Counted from the stretch's first letter, positions 26,755 to 38,504 are shown. The stretch: DNA of 64,000 nt from Bryobacteraceae bacterium (GCA_035652115.1 DASREJ010000239.1:21087-85086); one strand, 5' to 3'. Translations and numbers: made by a program. Notes: generated from the sequence alone by a model not told the origin.

Positions 26755-29700
26755 GCGTGTGCTCCCGGTTCGCCTACCGGCTCTGTCTCGCGAGGCCTGT
26801 TCTTGCCTTTAACACGGTGCGATAATCTCTCCACCACATCGAAGGAAACCGGAATGATAAACACTTCGATCAAGGTTGCGGCCAGCATGCCCCCGATCAC
26901 CGCGGTTCCTAAGATCTGCCGCGAGACCGCGCCAGACCCGGAAGCTCTCCAGAGCGGAACGCATCCCAGAATGAACGCAAAGGCTGTCATAAGAATAGGC
27001 CGCAGGCGGATGCGGGCACCCGTGAGTGCCGCTTCTTCAATGCTCTTGCCGCGCTCTTCATACTCTTTTTTGGCGAACTCGACGATCAGGATCGCGTTCT
27101 TTGCCGCCAACCCGATAAGCATGACCACGCCAATCTGCGCATAAACATCGTTGTCGAAATGCCGCGACCACAGAAATATATACGCTCCGAACAGGGCGAT
27201 CGGGGTGCCGAGAAGCACACTGAATGGCAGCGACCAACTTTCATACTGCGCCGACAAAATAAGAAAAACGAAGATGAAAGATAGGCCGAAAACTACACTG
27301 GTGGGTACACCTTTAGCTGCTTTTTGCTCCTGATACGACATGCCCATGTAGTCGAAGCCCATCTGGCTCGGCATGGTCTGTGCAAATACTTCTTCTAGTG
27401 CCTGCATCGCCTGTCCCGAACTGTATCCCGGCGCTGCGGCGGCAATGATCTGGGCAGCTTCGTATTCGTTGTAGCGCATCGCGAACTCGGGCCCGTTCGT
27501 CGGCTCCATGGAAGCCACAGCGTTCAGCGGCACCATCGTGTTTTGGTTGTTCGAAACATAAAACTGCCGCAGATCGTCTGCGCGCGTGCGGAAATTTCCT
27601 TCGGCTTCGACATAAACCTGCCACTGTCTGCCAAAGCGATTGAAGTAATTAACCAGGTATCCGCCCAGAAACGTCTGCAGCGTCTGGTAAACGTCGGAGA
27701 CGTTGACGCCTTGCCTTTCCACCTTTGCGCGATCGACATTCACATACTGCTGCGGGACACTCGGCAGGAATGTGGTTGTAAGGCCGGCCAGTTCTTTCCG
27801 CTTCCGCGCAGCAGCAACAAACTTTTCAACATTTGAAGCAAGGAACTGAAGCGAGCTGCCTGACCGGTCTTCAAGCACGAATGTGACGCCGCCCGATGTT
27901 CCGACGCCGGGAATTGAAGGAGGCGTAAACGAAAACCCGATGCCGTCTTGGACTTTCGCTAGTTCGGTCGAAATGTGATTGCGGATTGCAGTGTAACTTT
28001 CGTTGTCGCCGTGACGTTCACTCCAGGGCTTCTCGGTGACGAAGAAGAATGCGCTATAGGTGTCCTGGACGCGGCTTAGCAGGCTGAATCCGATTACGGA
28101 GGTGCAGCCTGCCACGCCGGGAGTGTTCATGATGACCTTCTCTACCTGCTGTGCTGCCGCTGACGTGCGTTGCAGGGAAGCCGCATTGGGCAATTGCAAA
28201 GCGACGAACACATAGCCCTGATCTTCCTCCGGCAGAAATGACGAAGGCAGCCGTTTGTTGATGAAAAATGCGACGACGGCAATCCCCGCAAGTAGTAACA
28301 GCGCGAATGCCGCTTTATGAATCAGAGCTCTTGAAACGCGAATGTAGCCCGCGTTGGCGTGGCCGAACATGCGATTGAACCAATCGAAAAATCGCCGCAG
28401 CCAGCCGCGCGATTTCTTCTTCGGCTTTAACAGCATTGCCGCCAATGCCGGGCTCAGTGAAAGAGCATTGAAAGCGGAAAAAATAACTGAGATCGCAATT
28501 GTGACGGCAAACTGCTGATATAGACGTCCAGTAATTCCCGGAATAAACACCGTGGGGACAAAGACGGCCGTCAGGATCAGAGCCGTCGCGATCACCGGTC
28601 CCGAAACCTCTTCCATGGCGCGGAAGGCGGCATCCCGCGGCGCCATGCCTTCTTCGATATGCCGTTCGACCGCTTCCACCACGACAATCGCGTCGTCGAC
28701 AACCAAACCGATCGCGAGCACCAGTCCGAAGAGCGACAGTGTATTGATGGAAAACCCCAGAAGCGGAAAGACGACGAACGTGCCAATCAGTGAAACGGGT
28801 ACTGCTGCCAGCGGAATGAGCGTTGCGCGCCAGCCTTGCAGAAAGATGTAGACCACCAAAATGACCAACGCTAACGCCTGTAACAGCGTGCGCACGATCT
28901 CCTCAATTCCGGACGTTACCGCCCGTGTTGTATCCAGGCTGACTTGATACGAGAGATCCTGCGGGAAACGTTTGGCCAACTGCGCCATCTGCGCTTGCAC
29001 GGCTTTCGCCGCATCCACGGCATTTGAGCCAGGCAGTTGATAAACGGCCAGAATTGCCGAAGGATTTCCGTTGTAGCGGCCGGTCAGATTGTAAGTTTGC
29101 GACCCGAGTTCAAGCCGGGCCACATCTTTAAGCCGCAGCGTAGACCCGTCCGGGTTTGCGCGCAGGATAATGTCGCCAAACTGTTCGGTCGATGTCAGGC
29201 GGCCCTGAGCTTGCACGGAGTACGTGAACTGCTGTCCGTCGGGTGCCGGTTCAGCGCCCAGTTGTCCGGCGGGGTTCACCGCATTCTGCGCGTTAAGTGC
29301 CGAGATGATCTGTGGAACCGTTACGCCTGTTGACGCCAGGCGATCTGGGTTGACCCAGCAGCGCATCGCATACTGGCCTGCGCCGAACACTTGCACACGC
29401 GCCACGCCCGGAACGCGCGTGAGCTGATCCACCAGATTGATGTATCCGTAGTTCGCCAGGAAAATGCTGTTATACGTCCCGTGTGGCGAATAGAGCGCGA
29501 TCAGCAACAGCGGTGACGAGAGCGACTTCTGGATGGTTAATCCGGCTGCGTTGACCTGCGCCGGAAGCTGCGACTGCGCCTGTGCGGTGCGTAGTTGTGT
29601 CAACACCTGATCGATATTCGGATCGGTGCTCACATCGAAATCGACGGTGATCTGCGATTGCCCGTTGTTGGCGTTGATCGAATACATGTAGTTCATGTTG

Positions 29701-29918
29701 TCGACGCCGCTGATCTGCGCCTCAAGCGGCGTTGCGACAGATTGTTCCAGAGTTTGGGCGTTTGCTCCGGGATAGATCGCCGTGACCAGAATCTCGGGTG
29801 GAACGATTGCCGGAAACTGCGAGATCGGCAACCGTAACATGGAGATCACGCCGACCAGAACCATCAGGATCGCGATCACAATCGCAACAATCGGGCGATT
29901 GATGAAGAACTTAGACAT
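26751..29918 (-). CDS. RND multidrug efflux permease (AcrB/HAE1-like)
   Basis: 1055 aa. N-terminus is [23 protein letters not shown]. It has 12 predicted transmembrane helices and two large periplasmic loops. Confidence 0.95.
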   Translation of the reverse strand: MSKFFINRPIVAIVIAILMVLVGVISMLRLPISQFPAIVPPEILVTAIYPGANAQTLEQSVATPLEAQISGVDNMNYMYSINANNGQSQITVDFDVSTDPNIDQVLTQLRTAQAQSQLPAQVNAAGLTIQKSLSSPLLLIALYSPHGTYNSIFLANYGYINLVDQLTRVPGVARVQVFGAGQYAMRCWVNPDRLASTGVTVPQIISALNAQNAVNPAGQLGAEPAPDGQQFTYSVQAQGRLTSTEQFGDIILRANPDGSTLRLKDVARLELGSQTYNLTGRYNGNPSAILAVYQLPGSNAVDAAKAVQAQMAQLAKRFPQDLSYQVSLDTTRAVTSGIEEIVRTLLQALALVILVVYIFLQGWRATLIPLAAVPVSLIGTFVVFPLLGFSINTLSLFGLVLAIGLVVDDAIVVVEAVERHIEEGMAPRDAAFRAMEEVSGPVIATALILTAVFVPTVFIPGITGRLYQQFAVTIAISVIFSAFNALSLSPALAAMLLKPKKKSRGWLRRFFDWFNRMFGHANAGYIRVSRALIHKAAFALLLLAGIAVVAFFINKRLPSSFLPEEDQGYVFVALQLPNAASLQRTSAAAQQVEKVIMNTPGVAGCTSVIGFSLLSRVQDTYSAFFFVTEKPWSERHGDNESYTAIRNHISTELAKVQDGIGFSFTPPSIPGVGTSGGVTFVLEDRSGSSLQFLASNVEKFVAAARKRKELAGLTTTFLPSVPQQYVNVDRAKVERQGVNVSDVYQTLQTFLGGYLVNYFNRFGRQWQVYVEAEGNFRTRADDLRQFYVSNNQNTMVPLNAVASMEPTNGPEFAMRYNEYEAAQIIAAAAPGYSSGQAMQALEEVFAQTMPSQMGFDYMGMSYQEQKAAKGVPTSVVFGLSFIFVFLILSAQYESWSLPFSVLLGTPIALFGAYIFLWSRHFDNDVYAQIGVVMLIGLAAKNAILIVEFAKKEYEERGKSIEEAALTGARIRLRPILMTAFAFILGCVPLWRASGSGAVSRQILGTAVIGGMLAATLIEVFIIPVSFDVVERLSHRVKGKNRPRETEPVGEPGAHA

Positions 29919-29920
29919 CG

Positions 29921-31141
29921 TTACTGTCCTTTGCCTCTCGTTCCGTAAGGAGATATCGGTTTTGCTTGACTCGGTTGTGGAGTCACCACCTCTCCGTTCC
30001 TAACCTTCGAAGTTCCTTCGGCTATGATGCGCTGGCCGGCAGTGAGGCCGCTGTCGATTACCCAGAGATTCTGATACTTATCTCCGACTTGAACGTCGAC
30101 GATCTTGACCGTATTGCCGGGTTGGACCACCGCAACCTGATAACGACCTTGAATTTCGGTGACCGCTTGCTGCGGAACAAGCAGCGCGTTTTCGTTCATA
30201 GCGGTTAAGGCCCGAATTCGACCGAACTGGCCGGGCCGGAGGATGTTGCCGGGATTTGCAAATGCGCCGATGATCCGGATTGTGCCGGTCTGCGTGTTCA
30301 CACTTCGATCGGCAAACAAAATTCGTCCCTTCTGCTCATAAACTTTGTTATTAGCCAAAGTAAGTTGAATCGGGACTGAATTCTTGGCGCCGAGCAGGTC
30401 CATAGATTGGGAACCCGGCATCCTTGTTTTAATTCGGTTAGCAAGACTCAAGTACTCTTGCTCGCTGATAGAAAAGTAAACCTTGATCGGATTCACCTGG
30501 GAGATCATGGTCAGCACGGTGCTCGGATTGACCAGATTGCCGATCTGTGTCGCAGCAATCCCGGCTATTCCATCCACGAGCGACCGAACGTTCGTGAAGC
30601 CCAGGTTCAACTCGGCTGTTTCCACACTCGCTTCCGCCGCCTTGATGGATGCCTGGTTGGTTTGTATCAGAGCTTCGTTCTGCTTTTCAGTCTGGATGTC
30701 GTTATCAAGCTGGCTCTGCGCGATCGCATGAGCTTGCGCAAGCGGTGTGTCGCGCTTCACATTGATGCGAGCTAATCCAAGCTGCGCTTGCGCCTGTGCC
30801 AGTTGCCCGTTGGCCTGCGCGAGTTGCCCCTTAGCCTGATCGAGCGCCGCTTGGAAGGGGCGCGGATCGATCTCAAAGAGTACGTCTCCTTTGTGAACGA
30901 ATGAGCCCTCGCGATAGTTCTGCTTAACGAGATAACCGGTGACTTGAGGCTGGATATTGGCGTTTATATATCCATCAAGGCTTGCCACCCAATTGCCATA
31001 GATGGGAACGTTCTGCTGGATCACGGTGACAACTCCTACGGGTGGCGGCGCAGGTTTCGGCGGCGCCTCCGATTTGCCAGCGCAACTAATCAACAGCAGT
31101 AACGCGCTTACCAGCGGGAGAGCTACAAAGACGTTCCTCAA
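29921..31141 (-). CDS. RND efflux periplasmic adaptor (membrane fusion protein) lipoprotein
   Basis: HlyD/AcrA-like coiled-coil region ([20 protein letters not shown]). The track start is TTG 31165. An in-frame TTG at 31139..31141 overlaps the TetR stop (TTGA) and gives a clean lipoprotein signal, (M)[19 protein letters not shown]. Confidence 0.88.
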   Translation of the reverse strand: MRNVFVALPLVSALLLLISCAGKSEAPPKPAPPPVGVVTVIQQNVPIYGNWVASLDGYINANIQPQVTGYLVKQNYREGSFVHKGDVLFEIDPRPFQAALDQAKGQLAQANGQLAQAQAQLGLARINVKRDTPLAQAHAIAQSQLDNDIQTEKQNEALIQTNQASIKAAEASVETAELNLGFTNVRSLVDGIAGIAATQIGNLVNPSTVLTMISQVNPIKVYFSISEQEYLSLANRIKTRMPGSQSMDLLGAKNSVPIQLTLANNKVYEQKGRILFADRSVNTQTGTIRIIGAFANPGNILRPGQFGRIRALTAMNENALLVPQQAVTEIQGRYQVAVVQPGNTVKIVDVQVGDKYQNLWVIDSGLTAGQRIIAEGTSKVRNGEVVTPQPSQAKPISPYGTRGKGQ

Positions 31142-31752
31142 GAAATTCCTCTGTTCAGATAGCAATTCAAGATGAATTTAAATTCCTGTACGATGTGGGG
31201 TTTCTCGCTACGTTTGGCGTCCTTATAGAGGACCAACATTCCGTTCACGAGTTTTAGCGATACCGCCGCCATGCGCAGAGCTTTCGCATTTGACATGCGC
31301 GGCTTGCGCAAAAGAAAAAACCTGGCCATCAACTGGCAAAAACGTTTTCGAATTTCCCCCGAATGGTGATGGGCCGGCGGTGCGTCTAACAGCGCCAGAA
31401 ATGCCGGATGTTCGTTTGCGAACTGGATAGTCAGGTCAAGCAGACGATCCACGAACGTATCCAGATTCAGAGTGCTCGACCGGTCGAACAAAGGCTGCCA
31501 AAGTTCCTCGATTTGCTGCGAGTACTTGGTGCGAAGCGCCCGTGTGACGGCTTCTTTATTGGGAAAGAATTGATAAAGCGAGCCGACGGCTGCGCCCGCG
31601 CGCTCGGCGATTTCGCTCATGGTGGTCGCGTCATAGCCGAATTCGGCTAGGACGGAAGCGGCCGCATCCAGCAATCCCGCTACTCTGCGTTCACCGCGAT
31701 GCTGGCGCGGAATGCGCCTTTGCACCGCCACGAAACGTGACGACACCCTCAC
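31138..31752 (-). CDS. TetR family transcriptional regulator
   Basis: Helix-turn-helix region LLDAAASVLAEFGYDATTMSEIAERAGAAVGSLYQFFPNKEAV. It sits directly upstream of the RND operon. Confidence 0.85.
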   Translation of the reverse strand: MRVSSRFVAVQRRIPRQHRGERRVAGLLDAAASVLAEFGYDATTMSEIAERAGAAVGSLYQFFPNKEAVTRALRTKYSQQIEELWQPLFDRSSTLNLDTFVDRLLDLTIQFANEHPAFLALLDAPPAHHHSGEIRKRFCQLMARFFLLRKPRMSNAKALRMAAVSLKLVNGMLVLYKDAKRSEKPHIVQEFKFILNCYLNRGIS

Positions 31753-32215
31753 ATCATATACAGATGCGAGGGGACCCTCACATCTCTAAAAGCGGCAGAA
31801 TAGAGTGCCTTTGATTTGAATTTGTAATTGAACTGGATTTCAGTGTGCCGGCTTATTCGGCCTAGAGCACGTTGCGGTGCAACGGATGTTCGCCGCCGCG
31901 GACGATTCCACCGGGAGGGTTAGCTGCGAAACGTCAGCTTGTCGCCTTCAAAGCGGGTATCTTCGCCCGACTCGCGAAGGACCGAAACCAACATCACTAC
32001 AACCTGGAGGGCAATCACGATCAGTGTCAGCGTCATGCCCTATAGACGGCACGCAATGCGCCAGCGAAAACCAAGGGCTAAGTTGTTGAAAATACAATCT
32101 ATTAATGGCTGACTTGCAAGGCCGGCCCGAAACTGAAACAGTAATCCATGCCATTTCGGAACCGCCGGCCGTTTTGCGGCCCAAAATGGGGCGACGAAGT
32201 ACACTAACTAGTGAA

Positions 32216-33350
32216 ATGACTCTGGAAGAACTGGAAAGAGAGTACGTTACGCTCCGGCAGCAAGGTGAAGCTGTGCGGAGCTATCTTTGACGCCCCTGCC
32301 AAGCAACAAGAGCTAACAAAGCTCGAAGTCGAAATCGGCGATCCCGATTTTTGGAACCAGCCCGAAAAGAGCCAGCGCGTCATGCAGCAGCGCAAGCGGC
32401 TGGAAGAAGCAATTCAAAATTCTGAATCGGTTGTTTCTGCCACTTCCGATATAGACACGCTTTTCGAACTCGCGCGAGAAGGCGAGAACGTGAACGGCGA
32501 CCTGGAACGCGAGATAAGAACGTTCCAGAACAGATTGGAGGAGCTGGAGACCGGCATGTTGCTCTCCGGCGAAAACGATAAGCGCGACGCGATTATCACG
32601 ATCCACCCCGGCGCCGGCGGCACCGAAAGTCAGGATTGGGCGGAGATGCTGCTTCGCATGTATCTGCGCTGGGCGGAGCGCCACAAATTCGACGCAGTGA
32701 TTACAGACCGGCTGGAAGGCGAAGGCGCGGGCATTAAATCGGCCACTGTCGAAGTCAATGGCGAGAATGTCTACGGCCAGTTGCAATCGGAGGTTGGCGT
32801 CCATCGCCTGGTGCGCATTTCGCCGTTCGACGCCAACGCCCGGCGCCACACGTCGTTTGCGTCCGTTTTTGTTTATCCGCAAATTGAAGACGACATCAAT
32901 ATTGAGATCAAGCCGGAAGATCTGAAGATCGATGTCTTTCGCGCGAGCGGAGCCGGCGGTCAGCACGTGAACCGGACTGAATCGGCTGTGCGCTTTACGC
33001 ACCTACCCACCGGCATCGTGGTTCAGTGCCAGAACGAGCGTTCCCAGCACAAAAACCGTGCCAGCGCTATGAAGCAGTTGCGGGCCAAGCTCTATGAGTA
33101 CGAGATGGAAAAGAAGCGCGCCGCGGATGCCAAGCTGGAAGAAACTAAGCTGGAGATCAACTTCGGCAATCAGATTCGCAGCTATGTGCTGGCTCCTTAC
33201 CGCATGATTAAGGATCATCGCACCAAGCTTTCGATTGGCGATGTCGACCGTGTGCTCGACGGGGACATCGACTCCCTGATTCACGCGTATTTGGTCTGGC
33301 GCAAGACGGGCAAAACAGCCGGCGACAGTAAAGAGGATCTGCCCGAGTAA
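32216..33350 (+). CDS. prfB: peptide chain release factor 2, requires a +1 programmed frameshift at 32287/32289
   Basis: Frame 0 reads MTLEELEREYVTLRQQGEAVRSYL then TGA. Frame +1 continues DAPAKQQELTKLEVEIGDPDFWN and carries the SPF and GGQ motifs (RISPFDANARRHTSFASV, ASGAGGQHVNRTESAVR). The ORF track splits this gene into 32105..32290 and 32265..33350. Confidence 0.92.
32277..32291 (+). promoter_or_regulatory. prfB +1 frameshift site (SD-like GGAG, slippery CTT, TGA, C)
   Basis: The sequence is GGAG-CTAT-CTT-TGA-C. The E. coli prfB site is AGGGGG-TAT-CTT-TGA-C. Confidence 0.88.
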
Positions 33351-33359
33351 TCCGTCCTG

Positions 33360-34271
33360 ATGGTTGTTCAACCGAACGAAGAAGCGCTTGATCGGGCAGC
33401 GCGGTTGATTCAGAGCGGCGCGCTCGTCGCTTTTCCAACGGAAACGGTTTATGGGTTGGGCGCCAATGCGCTGGATGAAGAGGCGATTGCGCGCATCTAC
33501 GCCGTAAAGAGCCGCCCTTGGGCTAGTCCTCTGATTGTGCACGTGGCCGATGAAGCAATGGCCCGCTCTGTGACCATCGAATGGCCGCATATAGCGCAGG
33601 TGCTCGCGGCGCGATTCTGGCCGGGGCCGTTGACGATGGTTCTGAAGAAAGCGGCGGCTATTCCTGGCCTCGTTACGGCGGGCCTTGATACGGTCGGCAT
33701 CCGAATTCCATCTCACCCAATCGCCCTGGCGCTGATTCGGCGCGCCGGAGTTCCCATTGCGGCCCCCAGCGCGAATCGCTTTACACAACTTTCCCCTACC
33801 ACCGCGGAGCACGTACAGCAGGGATTGGGCGAAGACATCGATTTAATTCTGGATGGCGGACCCACTCAGGTGGGAATCGAATCGACTGTCGTGTCATTGT
33901 GGCGAGACCCGCCTGTCATTCTGCGACCCGGCATGATTTCGCAAACGGATTTGGAAGCCGTCAGCGGAATCGGGTGGGAACGTGAAACAGACCTGCCGAA
34001 GATTGTCGAATCGCCAGGAATGCATGTCCGCCACTACGCACCGCGCACTCCGTTCCACGTGTTGGAACCGGGCGCCGCGAAGCCTGCTGGGCGTGGACGT
34101 CTAATCGAAATGCCATCCGATCCAAAAGCTTTTGCGGCCTGCCTCTACGCGGAACTGCACAAAGCCGACCAGGAAGGGTGGGAGTGGATTGCGATCGCGA
34201 AACCGCCGGAAACACCCGAGTGGGCAGGCGTTTTGGACCGGCTCAAAAGAGCCAGCGCCGCTGACGAGTAG
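33360..34271 (+). CDS. tsaC: L-threonylcarbamoyladenylate synthase (Sua5/YwlC/TsaC family, long form)
   Basis: 303 aa. Carries the YrdC-domain motifs ALVAFPTETVYGLGANALDEEAIARIYAVKSRP and APSANRF, plus a Sua5-type C-terminal extension. Confidence 0.88.
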   Translation: MVVQPNEEALDRAARLIQSGALVAFPTETVYGLGANALDEEAIARIYAVKSRPWASPLIVHVADEAMARSVTIEWPHIAQVLAARFWPGPLTMVLKKAAAIPGLVTAGLDTVGIRIPSHPIALALIRRAGVPIAAPSANRFTQLSPTTAEHVQQGLGEDIDLILDGGPTQVGIESTVVSLWRDPPVILRPGMISQTDLEAVSGIGWERETDLPKIVESPGMHVRHYAPRTPFHVLEPGAAKPAGRGRLIEMPSDPKAFAACLYAELHKADQEGWEWIAIAKPPETPEWAGVLDRLKRASAADE

Positions 34272-34368
34272 GAGGTGAGAATATTTCCGGCAAGACCGTC
34301 ATATCTGACACTGAGGCCTTTTAATTGCATAAGTAATTGGGAATTTCCTTTGGAGCAGCACGCAATTA

Positions 34369-35196
34369 ATGGACCGCAAACCCGTATCTAACCCTGAGCT
34401 GGCGGCTTTGGGAGGCTTTCAAGGCACTATTGACCGCAGCTCTAATTTTCGCCAACAGGCGTTAGACCATAACCTCGCTAGGAACGTCCGCGTCGCAAAA
34501 CTCTTGGGCTATATTGCGCTGCTCCGGCAAGCAGGCATATCGTTCGTCGGGAGCGTGAGCTGCGTCGCCGCTGTCCGCCAAAATTTCTCTTCGAGCGCGT
34601 CCATGACTCATTTGGGGATGCCAACCGGTCCAAATCAGGCTGCGCACTTTCTGCCCGGGCAAATTCGTGTTGGGACAAAAGAAATCTGGCAATTTGCAAA
34701 GAATCCTGTAACTCGTGGTCATATCGAGTTTCTCTTTGCTGAGGTCGAGCATCTTCCTATTCCCTTCAACCAAGCCGACACCGCAGCGGAGGCTAAGGGG
34801 CAGGCTGGTGGACTTTGCTCTGCCCTTGCGCGCGCTTGTACAACACTCATCCGTGGCAACGCGACAGGTCAGGTGCCGCCCGGAAAAATCTCGTCCCATC
34901 TTCTGCAAGCGGCATACGAAGATTGGTCTCGTGGCGCCATATCGGCTTTGAACGACGCGATTGCGGCTAAAACGGCGAAACCGGGAATTCCTCCGCTGGA
35001 AGGCGATCCATTTGAGGGCTATACGCTGGAATCAATATCGGCGCGGTCAACGGCAAGTGCCACGCAATGGAACCGAGATGACGCACTTCGCATTTTGCAA
35101 TATTACCTGGAGGATCAAAGGCAGCGTACGTCGCAATGGCTAACCGCAAGCTGTCAAGGAGCTCTGCGAGAAGTCGAAACGAATTTCAAAGGATAG
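34369..35196 (+). CDS. hypothetical protein
   Basis: 275-aa ORF with an ATG start and no motif I recognise. It is flanked by roughly 100 nt of AT-richer spacer upstream. Coding status rests on ORF length only. Confidence 0.45.
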   Translation: MDRKPVSNPELAALGGFQGTIDRSSNFRQQALDHNLARNVRVAKLLGYIALLRQAGISFVGSVSCVAAVRQNFSSSASMTHLGMPTGPNQAAHFLPGQIRVGTKEIWQFAKNPVTRGHIEFLFAEVEHLPIPFNQADTAAEAKGQAGGLCSALARACTTLIRGNATGQVPPGKISSHLLQAAYEDWSRGAISALNDAIAAKTAKPGIPPLEGDPFEGYTLESISARSTASATQWNRDDALRILQYYLEDQRQRTSQWLTASCQGALREVETNFKG

Positions 35197-35202
35197 GCCA
35201 GA

Positions 35203-35859
35203 CTACGCCGGCGTCAGTTCGAACGCTTCGCGATAATCTTTCAAAAACTGCTGTAGACCTTTTTCCGTCAGCGGGTGTCGAAACACCTGCTCCAAAACCT
35301 TCAGTGTCAGCGTGACGATGTGGGCGCCAGCCTTGGCTGCCTGCACCAAGTGCAAGGGGCCGCGTACCGACGCTGCCAAGACCTGCGTTTTGAACTCGTA
35401 GTTTTTATAAATCGTCAGGATGTCAGTCAGCACATCGGCCCCCGGTGTACCCATATCGTCGATACGCCCGATGAACGGGCTAACGATGTACGCACCGGCC
35501 TTGGCCGCGACAATTGCTTGAGCGGCGCTGAAGCACAACGTGACATTTGTGCGAATGCCGTCTTTTGCGAGTTCTTTTGCCGCCACGATGCCTTCAGAGA
35601 CGAGCGGAATCTTAACGATGACATTGCGATGAAGTCTCGCGAGGCCGCGGCCCTCCGCAATCATCTCCTTCGCGTCGGTCGCGATCACCTCCGCGCTGAT
35701 CTCGCCGTTGATTATTTCGCAAATCCGGCGTATTTGATCTTCAACGGGAATACCTTCCTTCGCGATTAGCGATGGATTGGTTGTGACACCGTCAATGATG
35801 CCCCACGCGCATGCTCTTTTGATTTCATCAATATTTGCTGAATCGAGAAAAAACTTCAC
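35203..35859 (-). CDS. tal: transaldolase / fructose-6-phosphate aldolase family (short TalC/Fsa type)
   Basis: From GTG 35857..35859 it reads (M)KFFLDSANIDEIKRACAWGIIDGVTTNPSLIAKEG...VKIPL...ASVR, 218 aa, typical of this family. The track's 349-aa version adds an Arg-rich extension that overlaps the permease gene. Confidence 0.9.
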   Translation of the reverse strand: MKFFLDSANIDEIKRACAWGIIDGVTTNPSLIAKEGIPVEDQIRRICEIINGEISAEVIATDAKEMIAEGRGLARLHRNVIVKIPLVSEGIVAAKELAKDGIRTNVTLCFSAAQAIVAAKAGAYIVSPFIGRIDDMGTPGADVLTDILTIYKNYEFKTQVLAASVRGPLHLVQAAKAGAHIVTLTLKVLEQVFRHPLTEKGLQQFLKDYREAFELTPA

Positions 35860-35894
35860 TGAAGCCCCAATTTCCTGATCGTAACAGAGTAGCG

Positions 35895-38504
35895 TTACTC
35901 GTATCGCAAAGCGACAATTGGATCGACGCGAACGGCCCGGCGTGCGGGAATCGCGCACCCCGCTACGCCCGCGGCAACAAGCGCCAGCACGACACCGAAC
36001 AGCGTAATAGGATCGCCTGGCGAGACGCCAATCAATATTCGCTGAAGAACATGTGCCATGCCGAATGCCACCGGTATTCCCAAGCCTATGCCTATTAACA
36101 TCGGCCGCATCCCTTGTACGAACACGAGCCGAAGAATATCGCGGCGCGAGCCTCCGACCGCCATCCGAACTCCAATCTCCTGAGTGCGTTGACTCACCGA
36201 GTGAGCGATTACGGCATACAAGCCAACTGAGGCCAACACCAGCGCGATGCACGCGAATACGGAGAACAGACCGCTCAAAAGACTGACTTCAAAGCGAAAT
36301 TGCGCCAGACGATTTTCCAGAGTTCCAACCTGATAAAGCGCCAGATTTGGATCGATCCTTTGTACTTCCCGACGAAGCGCGTCAGCGAGGGTCCCTGGCG
36401 GAACGTGTGTCTTCGCCACAATGAAGGCTTGATGCTGCGGTTCCTGGGCGTAAGGCAAGTAAATTAGCGGATCGTGTTCTAACGGATGTTGTGAGTTTTG
36501 AAGTATATCGGGAAGCACGCCGATTACAGAAAGCCATTGCTGGGGTATTCGGCCTTTCACTAGCCGCATGCGCTTGCCGATAACATCTTCGCCGGGCCAA
36601 TATTTTCGCGCGAAACTCTCATTCACCATTACCACTGGCGGTCCGGTAAGGCCGTCGGATTCTGTAAAAACACGTCCGCGGCGAATCTTCACCTGCATTG
36701 CTCGAAAATAATCGGAGGTGGCGATAATCGCACCGGTTTGTGGCCAGCTTCCCGTTTCAGCGGGTGCGCCTTCGAGTTCGTAAGAAAATCCAATCCAGTG
36801 TCCAAAAGGCAGGTTGGAGGCAACCGACGACGCCTCAACGCCCGGCAGCGAATCGAGTCGCCTCTTGAGCGCGCGATGGAAGTTGATCTCGTCCTCTGGC
36901 CGTGGGTACTTGGCTTCGGGAAGATTTATTTGCGCGGTCAGTATGTTCGCGGAATTCACGCCGACCGGCGCGGCATAGAGATTCACGGTGCTTCGAATCA
37001 TCAATCCGGCTCCCGTTAACAGCACTATGCACAAGGTCATCTCGGCCACAACCAGCAAATTTGAAATAGAAGCCAGACGCCGCCCTCTTCCGCTTCCTTG
37101 GCCCCCATCTTTAATCGCGTTATACACATCGATTCGGGCGAGCCGGAGCGCTGGCGCAATTCCAAAAAGAATTCCCGTACCGATTGAGACCGCAGCCATA
37201 TACGTGAATACCGTTTTATCCATGGACAGCTTCAGCCATACCGGTTTCGCTTGGCTACTCGTCGCCGCGTCGAACCAGCCCAGGTATCCCAGCGCCACAA
37301 GCCAGCCGAAGAATCCTCCAGCAACTGCAAGAAGCACGCTTTCGATAAGAAGTTGCCTGATAATGCGGGCACGGCCAGCCCCGATAGCCACGCGAATCGA
37401 AATCTCGCGAACACGGCCAGCGCCGCGCGCCAGCAGCATGTTAGCGACGTCTGCGCATGCGATCAGCAGCACGAATCCCACGGCCAGCCACAGTGCAATG
37501 AAGATCGGCCGCGAATTATAGACACCGGTGATTTCCGCGATAGTTCGGACATCCGCAACGAAACTCTTGTTCGTGGCCTGATACTGTCTGGCGAGTGGGG
37601 CGGCAAGAGCCGTCAATTCCGTTTGCGCCGCAGCCATGCTAACACCCTCACGCAGACGGCCGAATGCAGTCACACTGCGATTCGCGCGGCTTTCCATCTG
37701 TGCATCGGGGATTAACGGTATCCACAGGTCCGTTTCTTCGGGAAAGCGCTTTCCTTGCGGCATTACACCGATTACTGTCGACGGAACATCGTTGACGCGA
37801 ATCGTTTTTCCCAGAATCCGCGGATCTTTGCCGTATCGATCCTGCCAAATGTGATAGGTCAGCACGACCACTGCCGCGGCCCCGGGTCGCTCATCATCTG
37901 CGGTGAACGTGCGGCCCAACAGCGGCTTCTGCTCGGAAACGAAGAATCCATTAGCCGACATCTTCACGCACCAGTAACGTTCCGGCAAAGCTTGGCTGTC
38001 ACTGAGATTGGCTGGTATGAACTGATAGCCCGCCAAGCCGGCAAGCGATTTTGTTTGGGAACGAAGAGCGCGAAAATCCGGATAGGGCACGCCAAAACTT
38101 CGTCGCCGCGACGAATCAGTCAAACTAACAAGGACAATCCGGTCCACGTGATCTAGCCCGAAATTCCAGGAGAATGCGCCGTTGACGATCGTGAAGACCG
38201 CCGTATCGGCGCCGATGCCCAATGCCAGCGCAATAACGGCGACCACGCTGAACCCGGGCGTCTGGGCCAGTGTGCGGGCCGCATAACGCAGGTCCTGCCA
38301 CCAGCTTTCGAGCTTCGAAAAGCTCCAGAGATCGCGGCAGGTTTCCTTGAATTGGGTCGAGTTACCGATGCTGCGGCCGGCTTCCGCTCGATCGCCCAAT
38401 TCCGTGGCTTTCATTTCAAGATGAAAGCGCAACTCGTCTTCTAAGTCGCGATCTAGTTGGCGGCGGCGCCAGAGTGCTTTAAACTTCTTTCCCAGCTTGC
38501 TCAT
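35895..38504 (-). CDS. duplicated FtsX/MacB-type ABC permease (acidobacterial duplicated orphan permease type)
   Basis: From ATG 38504 it reads [33 protein letters not shown]. It has two MacB_PCD-like periplasmic domains and two FtsX four-helix bundles. An ATGA overlap joins it to the PadR gene. Confidence 0.85.
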   Translation of the reverse strand: MSKLGKKFKALWRRRQLDRDLEDELRFHLEMKATELGDRAEAGRSIGNSTQFKETCRDLWSFSKLESWWQDLRYAARTLAQTPGFSVVAVIALALGIGADTAVFTIVNGAFSWNFGLDHVDRIVLVSLTDSSRRRSFGVPYPDFRALRSQTKSLAGLAGYQFIPANLSDSQALPERYWCVKMSANGFFVSEQKPLLGRTFTADDERPGAAAVVVLTYHIWQDRYGKDPRILGKTIRVNDVPSTVIGVMPQGKRFPEETDLWIPLIPDAQMESRANRSVTAFGRLREGVSMAAAQTELTALAAPLARQYQATNKSFVADVRTIAEITGVYNSRPIFIALWLAVGFVLLIACADVANMLLARGAGRVREISIRVAIGAGRARIIRQLLIESVLLAVAGGFFGWLVALGYLGWFDAATSSQAKPVWLKLSMDKTVFTYMAAVSIGTGILFGIAPALRLARIDVYNAIKDGGQGSGRGRRLASISNLLVVAEMTLCIVLLTGAGLMIRSTVNLYAAPVGVNSANILTAQINLPEAKYPRPEDEINFHRALKRRLDSLPGVEASSVASNLPFGHWIGFSYELEGAPAETGSWPQTGAIIATSDYFRAMQVKIRRGRVFTESDGLTGPPVVMVNESFARKYWPGEDVIGKRMRLVKGRIPQQWLSVIGVLPDILQNSQHPLEHDPLIYLPYAQEPQHQAFIVAKTHVPPGTLADALRREVQRIDPNLALYQVGTLENRLAQFRFEVSLLSGLFSVFACIALVLASVGLYAVIAHSVSQRTQEIGVRMAVGGSRRDILRLVFVQGMRPMLIGIGLGIPVAFGMAHVLQRILIGVSPGDPITLFGVVLALVAAGVAGCAIPARRAVRVDPIVALRYE

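Noticed and set aside
32105-32215. Upstream part of ORF 32105..32290 (MADLQGRPETE...), considered as an independent small gene or a longer RF2 leader
   Set aside because: RF2 frame-0 leaders are about 25 codons, and the ATG at 32216 gives 24. The upstream part coincides with a strong hairpin and shows no conservation signal I can see.
32313-33812. Two long antisense ORFs (229 aa and 269 aa) opposite prfB and tsaC
   Set aside because: The + strand encodes unmistakable RF2 and Sua5/TsaC motifs. The antisense products are Arg-rich and featureless.
35860-36252. 131-codon N-terminal extension of the transaldolase ORF
   Set aside because: It is Arg-rich and overlaps the 3' end of the permease gene. 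The family N-terminus (M)KFFLDSAN starts at GTG 35859.
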